Source of the DNA: Nevskiales bacterium
GTDB lineage: Bacteria; Pseudomonadota; Gammaproteobacteria; Nevskiales; CAJXLF01
Reading direction: 5' to 3'
NCBI GenBank assembly: GCA_041630955.1
Contig: JBFKKS010000002.1
Location: 1-32,240, forward strand
Length of the DNA: 32,240 bases
A program made the position numbers and the translations under genes. The notes beneath the pieces are model-generated. The model was given only the letters and a program-made list of their open reading frames with translations. It was not told the DNA's origin and searched no databases. Below are positions 1-10,345 of the stretch, in pieces. Every line of letters begins with the position of its first letter. Position 1 is the first letter of the stretch.

Positions 1-1
1 C

Positions 2-1213
2 GATGACGTTGATGTGCTGGCCAGTCTCACGGAAAAACAGAGCCTGCAAGCCCTGGATGAAGCCGATGTTGTCCTGTTCCTGGTGGATGTCAGAGAGGGG
101 CTGACAGCAGCCGATGAAACGGTCCTGCAGTTGCTGCGAAAGCGTGGCAAAAAAGCGCATTTGGTCATTAACAAGGCCGAGGGGCGCACCACTGAAGTGG
201 CCGCCAGCGAATTTCACAAGTTGGGCATGGCCGATCCCTATGTGATTTCTGCCGCGCACGGACAGGGTGTGGCGGCCATGTTGCGCGAGTTGGTTGATGC
301 CTTGCCGCCGGCGGATGAAGATACTGCTCGCGACGACGAGACCAGTGTTCGGGTTGCCATCGTCGGTCGGCCCAACGTGGGCAAGTCCACCTTGGTCAAC
401 CGGTTGCTGGGCGAGGAGCGGGTGATGACTGCTGACTATCCCGGCACGACCCGGGATAGTATCGCGATCGAGTTCGAGCGTGCGGGTCGCAAGTACACAC
501 TGGTTGATACAGCAGGTGTTCGTCGTCGCTCAAAAGTCAGCGACATGGTAGAGAAGTTCAGCATTATCAAGACACTGCAGGCCATGGAGCAGGCCAATGT
601 CGTGATCATGATGACGGATGCACAGCAGGATATCGGCACCCAGGACGCACGACTACTGGGTCTGGTGGCAGACAGCGGTCGTGCGGTAGTGTTGGCCGTT
701 AACAAGTGGGACGGCCTGGATAATGCGCAGCGTGCGCGCATCAAGTCTGAGCTCGACCGCCGCCTGCCGTTTATCGATTATGCTCAGCTACGTTGCATAT
801 CCGCCTTGCATGGGTCCGGTCTGGCTGAATTGTTTGAGGCAGTGGATGATGCGCATGCGGCTTCCATGACCCAACTTTCTACACCGGAACTAACCCGGGT
901 GCTCGAACAGGCCGTGGCCGAACACCAGCCGCCGACCGTCAACGGCCGGCGTATCAAGCTGCGCTATGCACACCAGGGTGGGCATAATCCGCCTCAGATC
1001 ATTATTCATGGCAACCAGACCCAGCACCTGCCCGATTCCTATCGTCGCTACCTTGAGCATCGGTTTCGCAAGGTATTCAAGTTGCATGGCACGCCCGTCA
1101 AGCTGTTCTTCAAGACCGGTGACAACCCGTTCAAGGGTCGCCGCAACAAGCTGACGCCACGACAGGAAAACCAGCGGCGTCGCGTGAAGCGAGTCATGCG
1201 CAAGAAGAAGTAG
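2..1213 (+). CDS. der: Ribosome-associated GTPase Der/EngA, 5'-truncated by the window edge
   Basis: The frame is open from base 2, so the track's GTG at 14 is not a real start. The sequence shows the end of GTPase domain 1 (LVINKAEG). Domain 2 has the P-loop GRPNVGKST, then DTAG and NKWD. A KH-like C-terminal domain and a basic tail (RRNKLTPRQENQRRRVKRVMRKKK) follow. Confidence 0.95.
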   Translation, partial: DDVDVLASLTEKQSLQALDEADVVLFLVDVREGLTAADETVLQLLRKRGKKAHLVINKAEGRTTEVAASEFHKLGMADPYVISAAHGQGVAAMLRELVDALPPADEDTARDDETSVRVAIVGRPNVGKSTLVNRLLGEERVMTADYPGTTRDSIAIEFERAGRKYTLVDTAGVRRRSKVSDMVEKFSIIKTLQAMEQANVVIMMTDAQQDIGTQDARLLGLVADSGRAVVLAVNKWDGLDNAQRARIKSELDRRLPFIDYAQLRCISALHGSGLAELFEAVDDAHAASMTQLSTPELTRVLEQAVAEHQPPTVNGRRIKLRYAHQGGHNPPQIIIHGNQTQHLPDSYRRYLEHRFRKVFKLHGTPVKLFFKTGDNPFKGRRNKLTPRQENQRRRVKRVMRKKK

Positions 1214-1231
1214 CGTGGAGATAGGTCTGGT

Positions 1232-2191
1232 ATGAATCTGTTCGACCGCATCTATCAGTTGCACCAGGTTCTTTCCGAGTCACGCTACCCGGTATCCCAC
1301 CAGACCATAGAAGAACGCCTGGAGTGTTCCCGAGCCACGGCCACGCGAGTGATCAGTCGCATGCGGCTGTACTTCGATGCACCCATCGAGTATGACCGTG
1401 AAGCAAATGGCTATCACTACGCTGGGACCCAACAGTTTCAATTGCCGGGATTATGGTTTACCGAGGCCGAGTTATCGGCGCTACTGACGGTTCAGAAATT
1501 GCTGGATCAGGCCGGGCCGGGGCTGCTTGAGGATGTGCTCGCACCCTTAAAAGGGCGTCTGGATGAGCTCTTAAAGGATAAGCACCTGGGGGGGCAGGCC
1601 GTCGCCGAGAGAATTCGTATTCTGAGCCAGACAGCGCGCCCGACCGGGGCGCATTTCAGGACCGTAGCCACAGCCACCCTGCAGAGAAAGCGACTGGCAA
1701 TTGCCTACCATGGGCGTGGGCGCGATCAAGTGACACAGCGCGAGGTCTCTCCACAGCGGTTAACCCGCTATCGCGACAACTGGTACCTGGATGCCTGGTG
1801 CCACGGTGCACGGGGCCTGCGCAGTTTTTCCGTGGATCGGATTCAGAGCGCACTGGTCATGGATGCCAGAGCGAAGTCGGTAACGCAGCGACAACTTAAT
1901 CAGGAACTGGCTGGCAGCTATGGCATCTTTTCCGGCAAGGCCAGTGATATAGCTGTGCTGCGTTTTACCGCTGAACGTGCCCGTTGGGTTGCCGATGAAC
2001 GCTGGCACCCAGAGCAGAAGGGTAAATGGCTGGATGATGGGCGTTATGAACTACATCTGCCATACCATCATAGTGAAGAGCTAATGATGGATATTTTGCG
2101 ACACGGGTCGCATGTTGAAGTCCTTGCCCCTGAGGGGTTGCGCAAGGCTATTGCTGCCGAACTGGACAGTGCCAGCTTGCTTTACCGCTGA
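1232..2191 (+). CDS. HTH-WYL-WCX family transcriptional regulator (YafY/PafBC-like architecture)
   Basis: 319 aa. It has an N-terminal winged-HTH-like segment (SHQTIEERLECSRATATRVISRM). The central WYL domain carries the literal motif (LTRYRDNWYLDAWCHGARGLRSFSVDRI). There is a C-terminal extension (RWVADERWHPEQ...HVEVLAPEGLR). A GGAGA SD lies about 10 nt upstream of the ATG, and the gene starts 18 nt after the der stop. Confidence 0.8.
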   Translation: MNLFDRIYQLHQVLSESRYPVSHQTIEERLECSRATATRVISRMRLYFDAPIEYDREANGYHYAGTQQFQLPGLWFTEAELSALLTVQKLLDQAGPGLLEDVLAPLKGRLDELLKDKHLGGQAVAERIRILSQTARPTGAHFRTVATATLQRKRLAIAYHGRGRDQVTQREVSPQRLTRYRDNWYLDAWCHGARGLRSFSVDRIQSALVMDARAKSVTQRQLNQELAGSYGIFSGKASDIAVLRFTAERARWVADERWHPEQKGKWLDDGRYELHLPYHHSEELMMDILRHGSHVEVLAPEGLRKAIAAELDSASLLYR

Positions 2192-2277
2192 CCTTCCTGA
2201 TCAGAAAGTAACGCAGGCTCACCGATTGAGCCTGCCGCTGTTCCATGCTTACCCCAACAACCGAGTTGGAGTGAGCC

Positions 2278-2673
2278 ATGCAGCGACGAGAATTTCTTAA
2301 GAGCCTGATGAGCAGTGCGGTACTTGCCGTGCCAGGGCTGGCCAGTGCGGGCGGGAGTTTGACGAGCCGTCATACGGTTATTCAGGAATCATGGCTTGCC
2401 GGTTATGCCCACCATGCGGGCGACAGTGTGTGGCCGTTGCTGTGCAAGGGTGACCCACTGGTTCTTGTGCGTGATCTTCATAACGCCTTCGACGAGCAGG
2501 CGGTAGCCGTGCATTGGAATGGTTTGAAACTGGGTTACCTGCCAAGAACACAGAACACGGCAATCGCGCAGATGATAGATCGGGGCGCGGAACTCGAAAG
2601 TTGTATCGTATCGCTTAACGCAGCAGCCAACCCGGATCAACGCCTGCGTTTCTGTGTGTGCCTGTCAGCATGA
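2278..2673 (+). CDS. Small exported protein: twin-arginine (Tat) signal peptide plus HIRAN-like domain
   Basis: 131 aa. The N-terminus MQRREFLKSLMSSAVLAVPGLASA|GG matches the Tat consensus (S/T)RRxFLK, followed by an h-region and an A-x-A cleavage site. The remainder (LAGYAHHAGDSVWPLLCKGDPLVLVRDLHNAFDEQAVAVHWNGLKLGYLPRTQNTAIAQMIDRG) resembles the HIRAN pattern seen in HLTF (G..V.L.R...N..D..A..V...G..(I/L)G(Y/H)(L/I)....A..L..(M/L)D). A GGAG SD lies 6 nt upstream of the ATG. Confidence 0.65.
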   Translation: MQRREFLKSLMSSAVLAVPGLASAGGSLTSRHTVIQESWLAGYAHHAGDSVWPLLCKGDPLVLVRDLHNAFDEQAVAVHWNGLKLGYLPRTQNTAIAQMIDRGAELESCIVSLNAAANPDQRLRFCVCLSA

Positions 2674-2816
2674 ACAGGGCAGGCCTGCGCCGTACCATGA
2701 GTCTGAGTCACTTTGGCCACTACCTCATTGGCGAGCATCACTCTGAATGGGAATGGCCACTGATCAAGGGTTGTCTACTGTGGGTGTTGTTATGGATGAT
2801 GACTGCCGCAACCTGA
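2670..2816 (+). CDS. Candidate small ORF (48 aa) with a hydrophobic C-terminus, start overlapping the stop of the HIRAN-like gene (ATGA)
   Basis: Hand translation gives MNRAGLRRTMSLSHFGHYLIGEHHSEWEWPLIKGCLLWVLLWMMTAAT*. It falls below the 60-aa cutoff of the supplied track. No convincing SD is present. An alternative in-frame ATG at 2697 would give 39 aa. Confidence 0.2.
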   Translation: MNRAGLRRTMSLSHFGHYLIGEHHSEWEWPLIKGCLLWVLLWMMTAAT

Positions 2817-2897
2817 CTCGCGGGTGGCAATACGCAGAATGTATCTGGGGACCATGGGAAGAAATTCTTGCTTGCAGTCAGAGCCGTTATGCCTGAA

Positions 2898-4274
2898 TTA
2901 TTTATCGGACATTTCAGCAGGCTGGTGCACCGCTTCCACCGTACAATCGAGACTGCCCTTGTGCAGTCGCAGCTGCACCGCGTCCCCTTCAGTGACCTGA
3001 TCCGCTTGAGTGAGTAAGTGGCCTGATGGAAGCGTGGCCACTGTGTATCCTCGCTCGAGCGTTTTCAACGGGCTGAGGCTGTCGAGTGCTCGTGCGGTAA
3101 CGGCGAGTAGACGACCCTGTGCATCGAGTCGCTTTTGCATGGCTGTTTGCAGTCGCTGTGACAGCAGAATCCCGTGCTGGGTTTCTCGCTGAATCTGCTG
3201 TGCCGGGCTGGCATTGAGTAGCCCCTGGCTGAGTCGTGCGAGCCTGAAGTGTTTTTGTTGCAGTGTGCCGGCCTGATTGCGCTGCAATCTGAGTTCTAAA
3301 TCATCAAGCCGTTGCATGTGCTGTTCAAGCCGTCTGCCGGGGTGTTGTTGCATCAGGCGATGCTGCAGCCAGCTATGGTGTTGCGCTGCCCTTTGAAGCT
3401 GCGCAGCCTGCAAACTGGTTAGCTGGTTAACACTGCGAGATACGCGCTGTGCCCAAACTGCCTGATCGGGCCCAACCAGTTCTGCTGCGGCTGATGGCGT
3501 AGGCGCCCTCTGGTCAGCAACAAAATCGGCAATGGTGAAGTCAACCTCATGACCGACACCGGTTACGGTTGGAATAGGGCAGGCATGAATAGCCCTCGCT
3601 ACTGTCTCTTCGTTAAAAGCCCATAGGTCTTCCAGCGAACCGCCTCCCCGGGCAAGAATGAGTACGTCACACTCATTACGGCGCGTGGCTGTTTCAAGTG
3701 CCCCAACGATTGCTGGTGCGGCGGCCTCACCCTGAACCGCTACGGGGTACACAATCACCTGGCCCATGGGGTAACGACGCTTGAGAACACTCAGAATGTC
3801 GCGAATGGCTGCGCCGGTGCCTGAGGTAATCACGCCAATGCAGCGCGGCTTGTCCGGCAGCGGCTGCTTGTACTCTGCAGCAAACAGCCCCTCTGACTGC
3901 AGTTTGGCCTTGAGTAGCTCAAAGGCGCGTTGTAGTGCGCCGGCACCGGCATCCTCCATGTGCTCAACAACCATCTGGAATTCACCGCGTGCCACATACA
4001 GGCCTATACGGCCTCGTACCAGTACCTGTGCCCCCTGCTCGGGTTTGAGATCAACAAGACGATTGCGATTACGGAACATGGCGCACCGAATCTGCGCTTT
4101 GCTGTCCTTGAGTGTGAAATACCAGTGGCCGGACGCCGGGCTCGAAAAATTGGATATTTCACCCTCTACCCATAGCAGCGGGAAGCTGAGTTCGAGGCAA
4201 TCCTTGGCCTCCTGCAACAGGCTGGAGACGCTGTAGATGAGGCGGTCGTCGCCTGTTACCGGGGCGGAATTCAT
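2898..4274 (-). CDS. xseA: Exodeoxyribonuclease VII large subunit
   Basis: 458 aa. It has an N-terminal OB-fold (LWVEGEISNF...HWYFTLKD) and a catalytic core (ARGGGSLEDLWAFNEE, GVGHEVDFTIADFVAD). The C-terminal region is long and Q/L-rich, consistent with a coiled coil. Confidence 0.95.
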   Translation of the reverse strand: MNSAPVTGDDRLIYSVSSLLQEAKDCLELSFPLLWVEGEISNFSSPASGHWYFTLKDSKAQIRCAMFRNRNRLVDLKPEQGAQVLVRGRIGLYVARGEFQMVVEHMEDAGAGALQRAFELLKAKLQSEGLFAAEYKQPLPDKPRCIGVITSGTGAAIRDILSVLKRRYPMGQVIVYPVAVQGEAAAPAIVGALETATRRNECDVLILARGGGSLEDLWAFNEETVARAIHACPIPTVTGVGHEVDFTIADFVADQRAPTPSAAAELVGPDQAVWAQRVSRSVNQLTSLQAAQLQRAAQHHSWLQHRLMQQHPGRRLEQHMQRLDDLELRLQRNQAGTLQQKHFRLARLSQGLLNASPAQQIQRETQHGILLSQRLQTAMQKRLDAQGRLLAVTARALDSLSPLKTLERGYTVATLPSGHLLTQADQVTEGDAVQLRLHKGSLDCTVEAVHQPAEMSDK

Positions 4275-4304
4275 GTAAGCAGTGTATGCGATTGAGCGCG
4301 TCTG

Positions 4305-4310
4305 TATAAT
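4305..4310 (+). promoter_or_regulatory. Candidate -10 hexamer (TATAAT) for guaBA in the xseA/guaB divergent intergenic region
   Basis: A perfect TATAAT lies 31 nt upstream of the guaB ATG. No good -35 is seen at 16-18 nt spacing. Confidence 0.3.
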
Positions 4311-4320
4311 GCCCCGTTAA

Positions 4321-5835
<1,515 letters not shown>

Positions 5836-5882
5836 CCCTGTCGGCGAGACAGCTCGCAACAACCTGAAGGATCGAGACAGAA

Positions 5883-7469
5883 GTGACTGATATTCACGCC
5901 GACAAGATATTAATCCTTGATTTTGGCTCACAGTACACCCAGCTCATCGCCCGCCGTGTGCGCGAGGCCCGGGTGTATTCCGAGATTCACCCCTGGGATA
6001 TGGATGAGGCCGACATACGGGCCTTTGCTCCAAAAGGCATCATTCTGTCAGGCGGCCCGGAGTCTGTGCTTGGCAGCGATGTGCTGGCCACTCCGCCCAT
6101 CGCACCGCAGGTTGTATTTGATCTTGGTGTGCCGGTACTGGGCATCTGCTATGGCATGCAGACCATGGCGGCCCAGTTAGGTGGCGCAGTTGAGTCGTCC
6201 GGTCATCGCGAATTCGGGTATGCCCAGGTGCGTGCACGCGGACATTCCAGGTTGCTGCTCGATATACAGGATCACGTTAACGAGCAGGGTCATGGCCTGC
6301 TGGATGTGTGGATGAGCCACGGGGATCGTGTTTCAAAGCTGCCTGAGGGTTTTAAGCTCATTGCCAGTACCGATTCGGCACCGAATGCCGGTATGGCGGA
6401 TGAGACACGACATTTCTATGGTTTGCAGTTCCATCCTGAGGTTACGCACACCAAGCAGGGTGAGCGAATCCTGAGCCGTTTCGTGCACGATATCTGTGCC
6501 TGCGGAGCTGCCTGGGAACCGGGGCAGATCATCGAAGACCTGATCGCGCGGGTACGTGAGCAGGTCGGCGATGGCAAAGTACTGTTGGGGCTATCTGGCG
6601 GAGTGGATTCGTCTGTGGTGGCGGCCTTGCTGCATCGCGCGATCGGTGATCAGCTGGTCTGTGTATTTGTTGATAACGGCCTGCTGCGCCTGCATGAGGG
6701 TGATCAGGTGATGGCCACTTTTGCTGAGCATATGGGCGTGAAGGTGATTCGCGTCAATGCCGAGCAGCGCTTTCTGGACGGTCTTGCCGGAGAGGCGGAC
6801 CCGGAAGCCAAACGCAAGATCATCGGCGGGCTGTTCATTGATGTATTTGATGAGCAGGCACAGTCATTAACCGGCATTGATTACCTGGCCCAGGGCACCA
6901 TCTACCCGGACGTGATCGAATCTGCTGGCGCCAAGACCGGCAAGGCCCATGTGATCAAATCGCATCACAATGTAGGCGGCCTCCCGGAGAAGATGAACCT
7001 TAAACTGGTCGAGCCGCTTCGCGAATTATTCAAGGACGAGGTGCGAAGGATAGGGCTGGAACTTGGCCTGCCCGAGGAAATGATCATGCGGCACCCGTTT
7101 CCAGGGCCGGGGCTCGGGGTGCGCATTCTCGGTGAAGTTCACAAGGACTATGCGGATAAACTGCGCTTGGCCGATGATATCTTCATTGGAGCGCTGCGGC
7201 GGCATGGGCTGTATGACCGCGTCAGCCAGGCCTTTGCCGTCTTTCTACCAGTCAAGAGTGTGGGGGTGATGGGGGATGGACGGCGCTACGAGCATGTGAT
7301 CGCGCTGCGGGCCGTTGAGACTATCGATTTCATGACCGCCCACTGGGCACATCTGCCGTATGAATTCCTTGATGAGGTCTCGCGACGAATTATCAATGAA
7401 GTTGATGGTATTTCACGGGTCGTTTATGACATTTCTGGCAAACCCCCAGCGACGATTGAGTGGGAATAG
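5883..7469 (+). CDS. guaA: GMP synthase (glutamine-hydrolysing)
   Basis: 528 aa with a GTG start. The class-I GATase has the nucleophile motif GICYGMQ, and the PP-loop is [10 protein letters not shown]. The C-terminal dimerisation domain ends ...KPPATIEWE. Confidence 0.97.
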   Translation: MTDIHADKILILDFGSQYTQLIARRVREARVYSEIHPWDMDEADIRAFAPKGIILSGGPESVLGSDVLATPPIAPQVVFDLGVPVLGICYGMQTMAAQLGGAVESSGHREFGYAQVRARGHSRLLLDIQDHVNEQGHGLLDVWMSHGDRVSKLPEGFKLIASTDSAPNAGMADETRHFYGLQFHPEVTHTKQGERILSRFVHDICACGAAWEPGQIIEDLIARVREQVGDGKVLLGLSGGVDSSVVAALLHRAIGDQLVCVFVDNGLLRLHEGDQVMATFAEHMGVKVIRVNAEQRFLDGLAGEADPEAKRKIIGGLFIDVFDEQAQSLTGIDYLAQGTIYPDVIESAGAKTGKAHVIKSHHNVGGLPEKMNLKLVEPLRELFKDEVRRIGLELGLPEEMIMRHPFPGPGLGVRILGEVHKDYADKLRLADDIFIGALRRHGLYDRVSQAFAVFLPVKSVGVMGDGRRYEHVIALRAVETIDFMTAHWAHLPYEFLDEVSRRIINEVDGISRVVYDISGKPPATIEWE

Positions 7470-7571
7470 GCGCGGCAGCTCTGAAACTTGTCGGTACGAC
7501 CCATGCGCGTGTCTTAGCCTTGGGTGAATAGCCAGGGTGACTGCTGTCAGCGGGATGTGAGGGGGATATCG

Positions 7572-8033
7572 TTGAATAATTCCGACGAACGATGGATGCG
7601 TCATGCACTGCAATTGGCAGAACAGGCTGCTTCTGCGGGAGAGGTGCCGGTGGGTGCGGTGGTCGTGCAAGATGATCAGCTCATCGCGGAAGGCTTTAAT
7701 CGACCTATTACAGATAGCGACCCAAGCGCCCATGCCGAGATAGTGGCCTTGCGTGCGGCTGGCAAGGTCCTGGATAACTATCGCTTGCCGGGTAGCACGC
7801 TTTACGTCACGCTCGAACCCTGCGTCATGTGCGCCGGTGCTATTGTTCATGCGCGCGTGGGACGGGTGGTATTTGGCGCACTCGACCCCAAGGCGGGGGC
7901 GGTAAGCTCGGTTTATGATGTGATATCACAACCGCGTTTGAATCATAAGCCTGCATGGACAGGCGGCGTACTGGCTGAGGAATGCAGTGTGCTGCTCAGG
8001 GAATTTTTCAAGGCGCGACGGAAGGGGGAATAA
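7572..8033 (+). CDS. tadA: tRNA-specific adenosine deaminase
   Basis: The CDA zinc motifs HAE(IVAL) and PCVMCAGA are present. The track's ORF opens at 7524. I prefer the TTG at 7572, which has a GGGGGA SD 5 nt upstream and gives about 8 residues before the conserved WMRHAL, as in E. coli TadA. The start remains uncertain (7524, 7572 or 7596). Confidence 0.88.
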   Translation: MNNSDERWMRHALQLAEQAASAGEVPVGAVVVQDDQLIAEGFNRPITDSDPSAHAEIVALRAAGKVLDNYRLPGSTLYVTLEPCVMCAGAIVHARVGRVVFGALDPKAGAVSSVYDVISQPRLNHKPAWTGGVLAEECSVLLREFFKARRKGE

Positions 8034-8034
8034 A

Positions 8035-10341
8035 GTGAACGGAAACCTGGCCAATTGGCTTGTGGATCAGCGCCGCTGGCTGTTTTTTGTCGGCATTGCG
8101 ATTGTGCTGGCCACTTCTTATGGCGCCAAGAACCTGTATTTCGAATCGGACTACGAGCTTTTTTTCGACGACGATAACCCACAGTTAGTCGCGTACGACG
8201 CACTACAGAACGAATACACCAAAAGCGATAACGCCCTGTTCATTATTGCGCCCGATTCTGGGGAAGTATTCGAGCCGCATACCATGGCGCTGGTGAAGGA
8301 ACTGACCGAGCAGGGCTGGCTGATCTCTCATTCTATCCGCGTGGATTCAGTCGCCAACTTCCAGCACACGCGTGGCGAGGGGGATGACCTCATTGTCGAG
8401 GACCTGATTGGGGACCCCTCGACGATGACAGCCGAGGATTTCAAGCGGGCCAGGCAGATCGCATTGAGCGAGCCACTGCTGGTGAATAACGTGGTGTCCA
8501 GCAAGGGACACGTCACAGCCGTGAACGTGCGCCTGGAAATGCCGGAGGATCGCGCAGAGCGTGATTTGATGATTGCAGAGGTCACCCAGCAGGTGCGTGA
8601 CCTGGCCAAGCGCATGGAGGCAAAGTACGAGGGTGTAACGATTTATCTGGCCGGGGTGGTCATCGTCAATACGACGTTTAATGAATCCTCGCAGTCAGAC
8701 AGTAAGACACTGATGCCCATCATGTTCGTGCTGGTACTGGTGCTATTGGCCTGGTTCCTGCGCTCGTTTGCCGGCACAGTCACAACCATTGTCATTATTA
8801 TTGTCAGTATCGCGCTCACACTGGGGGCAATGGGCTGGATCGGTTTTGCCTTTAATCAGGTAAACGTGACCGCTCCGACGATCATCCTGACCATTTCGAT
8901 CTGTGATGCCGTGCACATTCTTGTCATTTACCTGCGTGAAGTACACAAGGGCAATGACAAGGTGACCGCCATGAAGCATGCGATGGCGATCAATATGCAA
9001 CCGGTCTTTCTGACCAGCCTGACCACCGCAATCGGTTTTGCGAGTATCAATTTCAGCGACTCGCCGCCGTTTCGGGAAATGGGAACGGTGGCTGCGATCG
9101 GTGTAATGGGTGCCTGGCTCATGACGCTGCTGGTGTTGCCCGCCGTGATGCTGTGGCTGCCGCACAAGGTAAAGGGTCCAGTTGAGCGCCCGTTACCCGC
9201 CGAGCAGATGGCCGAATTTGTGATCCGTTTTCAGAAACCGATTTTCTGGATTTCAATCGTGGTGGTGGCGGTGATTTTCAGTTTCATTCCGCGCAACGAC
9301 CTTAATGACGACACCCTGGAATATTTTGACCACACCATTCCACTACGGGTGGCCGGTGACTTCACCCAGGAACACCTGACGGGCCTGGACACCATTGGCT
9401 ATTCGCTGAATTCGGGCGAATCCGGTGGCATTCATGATCCAGACTATCTCAAAAAGGTCGATGCGTTCGCGACCTGGTACCTGGCGCAGCCCGAGGTGAC
9501 GCACGTCGACAGTTTCACCGAAATTATCAAGCGGCTTAACATGAACCTGCACGGTGATGACCCCGCCTGGTACCGCATTCCGGATGAACGCGAACTGATA
9601 GCCCAGTACGTGCTCTTGTACGAGCTATCGTTGCCGTTTGGTCTGGACCTGAATAACCAGGTGAATATTGATAAGTCAGCCCTGCGTGTTACTGCGCGTG
9701 CCAAGGGCTTGAAGGCCCAGGGTCTGATTGATCTGGATGAGCGTGCTACCCAATGGCTGCGTGCCAATGCACCTGAGTTGGTGACAACAGGCTCGAGTGT
9801 GTCGATGATGTTTGCCCATATCGGGCAAAACAATATCTACAGCATGATTGATGGTTCGCTGGTGGCGCTAGTGTTGATATCGCTGACGCTGATTGTGGCT
9901 CTGCGTTCATGGAAGTTTGGTTTGTTGTCGCTGATTCCGAATGCGTTTCCAGCCGGTATTTCATTTGGCCTGTGGGGCGCATTCGTTGCCGAGGTGAACC
10001 TGGCCGTGGCGGCGGTGTTCTCTATCACTTTGGGAATCGTGGTGGATGACACGGTGCACTTTCTGTCCAAATACTTACGGGCGCGACGTGAAATGGGTCG
10101 CGATGCTGTTGAATCGGTACGTTATGCGTTTAGCACAGTTGGCTCGGCGTTACTGGTTACCACTGTTGCCCTGTCAGCCGGGTTCTTCGTATTGGGACTT
10201 TCCCATTTCGGTGTCAATTCTTCGCTGGGAACGATGGTTGGCATGACCATTATCATCGCGTTGGTTTTCGATCTCATGTTTCTGCCAACCTTGCTGATGA
10301 AATTCGACCGGGCACCGGTTGCAAAGCCGCTGCAGGGGTAA
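8035..10341 (+). CDS. MMPL/RND-superfamily exporter (COG1033-like, two 6-TM bundles with large periplasmic loops)
   Basis: About 768 aa from the GTG at 8035, with a GGGGGAA SD just upstream, 1 nt after the tadA stop. It has two homologous halves, each a soluble loop followed by a hydrophobic bundle (…ILTISICDAVHILVIYL… and …ITLGIVVDDTVHFLSKYL…). The substrate cannot be inferred from the sequence. Confidence 0.85.
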   Translation: MNGNLANWLVDQRRWLFFVGIAIVLATSYGAKNLYFESDYELFFDDDNPQLVAYDALQNEYTKSDNALFIIAPDSGEVFEPHTMALVKELTEQGWLISHSIRVDSVANFQHTRGEGDDLIVEDLIGDPSTMTAEDFKRARQIALSEPLLVNNVVSSKGHVTAVNVRLEMPEDRAERDLMIAEVTQQVRDLAKRMEAKYEGVTIYLAGVVIVNTTFNESSQSDSKTLMPIMFVLVLVLLAWFLRSFAGTVTTIVIIIVSIALTLGAMGWIGFAFNQVNVTAPTIILTISICDAVHILVIYLREVHKGNDKVTAMKHAMAINMQPVFLTSLTTAIGFASINFSDSPPFREMGTVAAIGVMGAWLMTLLVLPAVMLWLPHKVKGPVERPLPAEQMAEFVIRFQKPIFWISIVVVAVIFSFIPRNDLNDDTLEYFDHTIPLRVAGDFTQEHLTGLDTIGYSLNSGESGGIHDPDYLKKVDAFATWYLAQPEVTHVDSFTEIIKRLNMNLHGDDPAWYRIPDERELIAQYVLLYELSLPFGLDLNNQVNIDKSALRVTARAKGLKAQGLIDLDERATQWLRANAPELVTTGSSVSMMFAHIGQNNIYSMIDGSLVALVLISLTLIVALRSWKFGLLSLIPNAFPAGISFGLWGAFVAEVNLAVAAVFSITLGIVVDDTVHFLSKYLRARREMGRDAVESVRYAFSTVGSALLVTTVALSAGFFVLGLSHFGVNSSLGTMVGMTIIIALVFDLMFLPTLLMKFDRAPVAKPLQG

Positions 10342-10345
10342 CACC

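Noticed and set aside
7987-8034. Upstream start-codon extensions offered by the ORF track: 7987 for the exporter, 10319 modA, 11751 modC, 12983 rplU, 14777 proB, 16415 murJ, 19013 ileS and 32227 pilY1-B
   Set aside because: In each case the extension overlaps the preceding gene or adds non-conserved residues. A downstream ATG or GTG with an SD coincides with the conserved N-terminus or signal peptide.
10342-10345. Moco riboswitch or ModE operator upstream of modA, and a TPP riboswitch upstream of the ThiO-like gene (23357..23363)
   Set aside because: The intergenic spaces are 4 nt and 7 nt. Neither can hold a structured leader or an operator.
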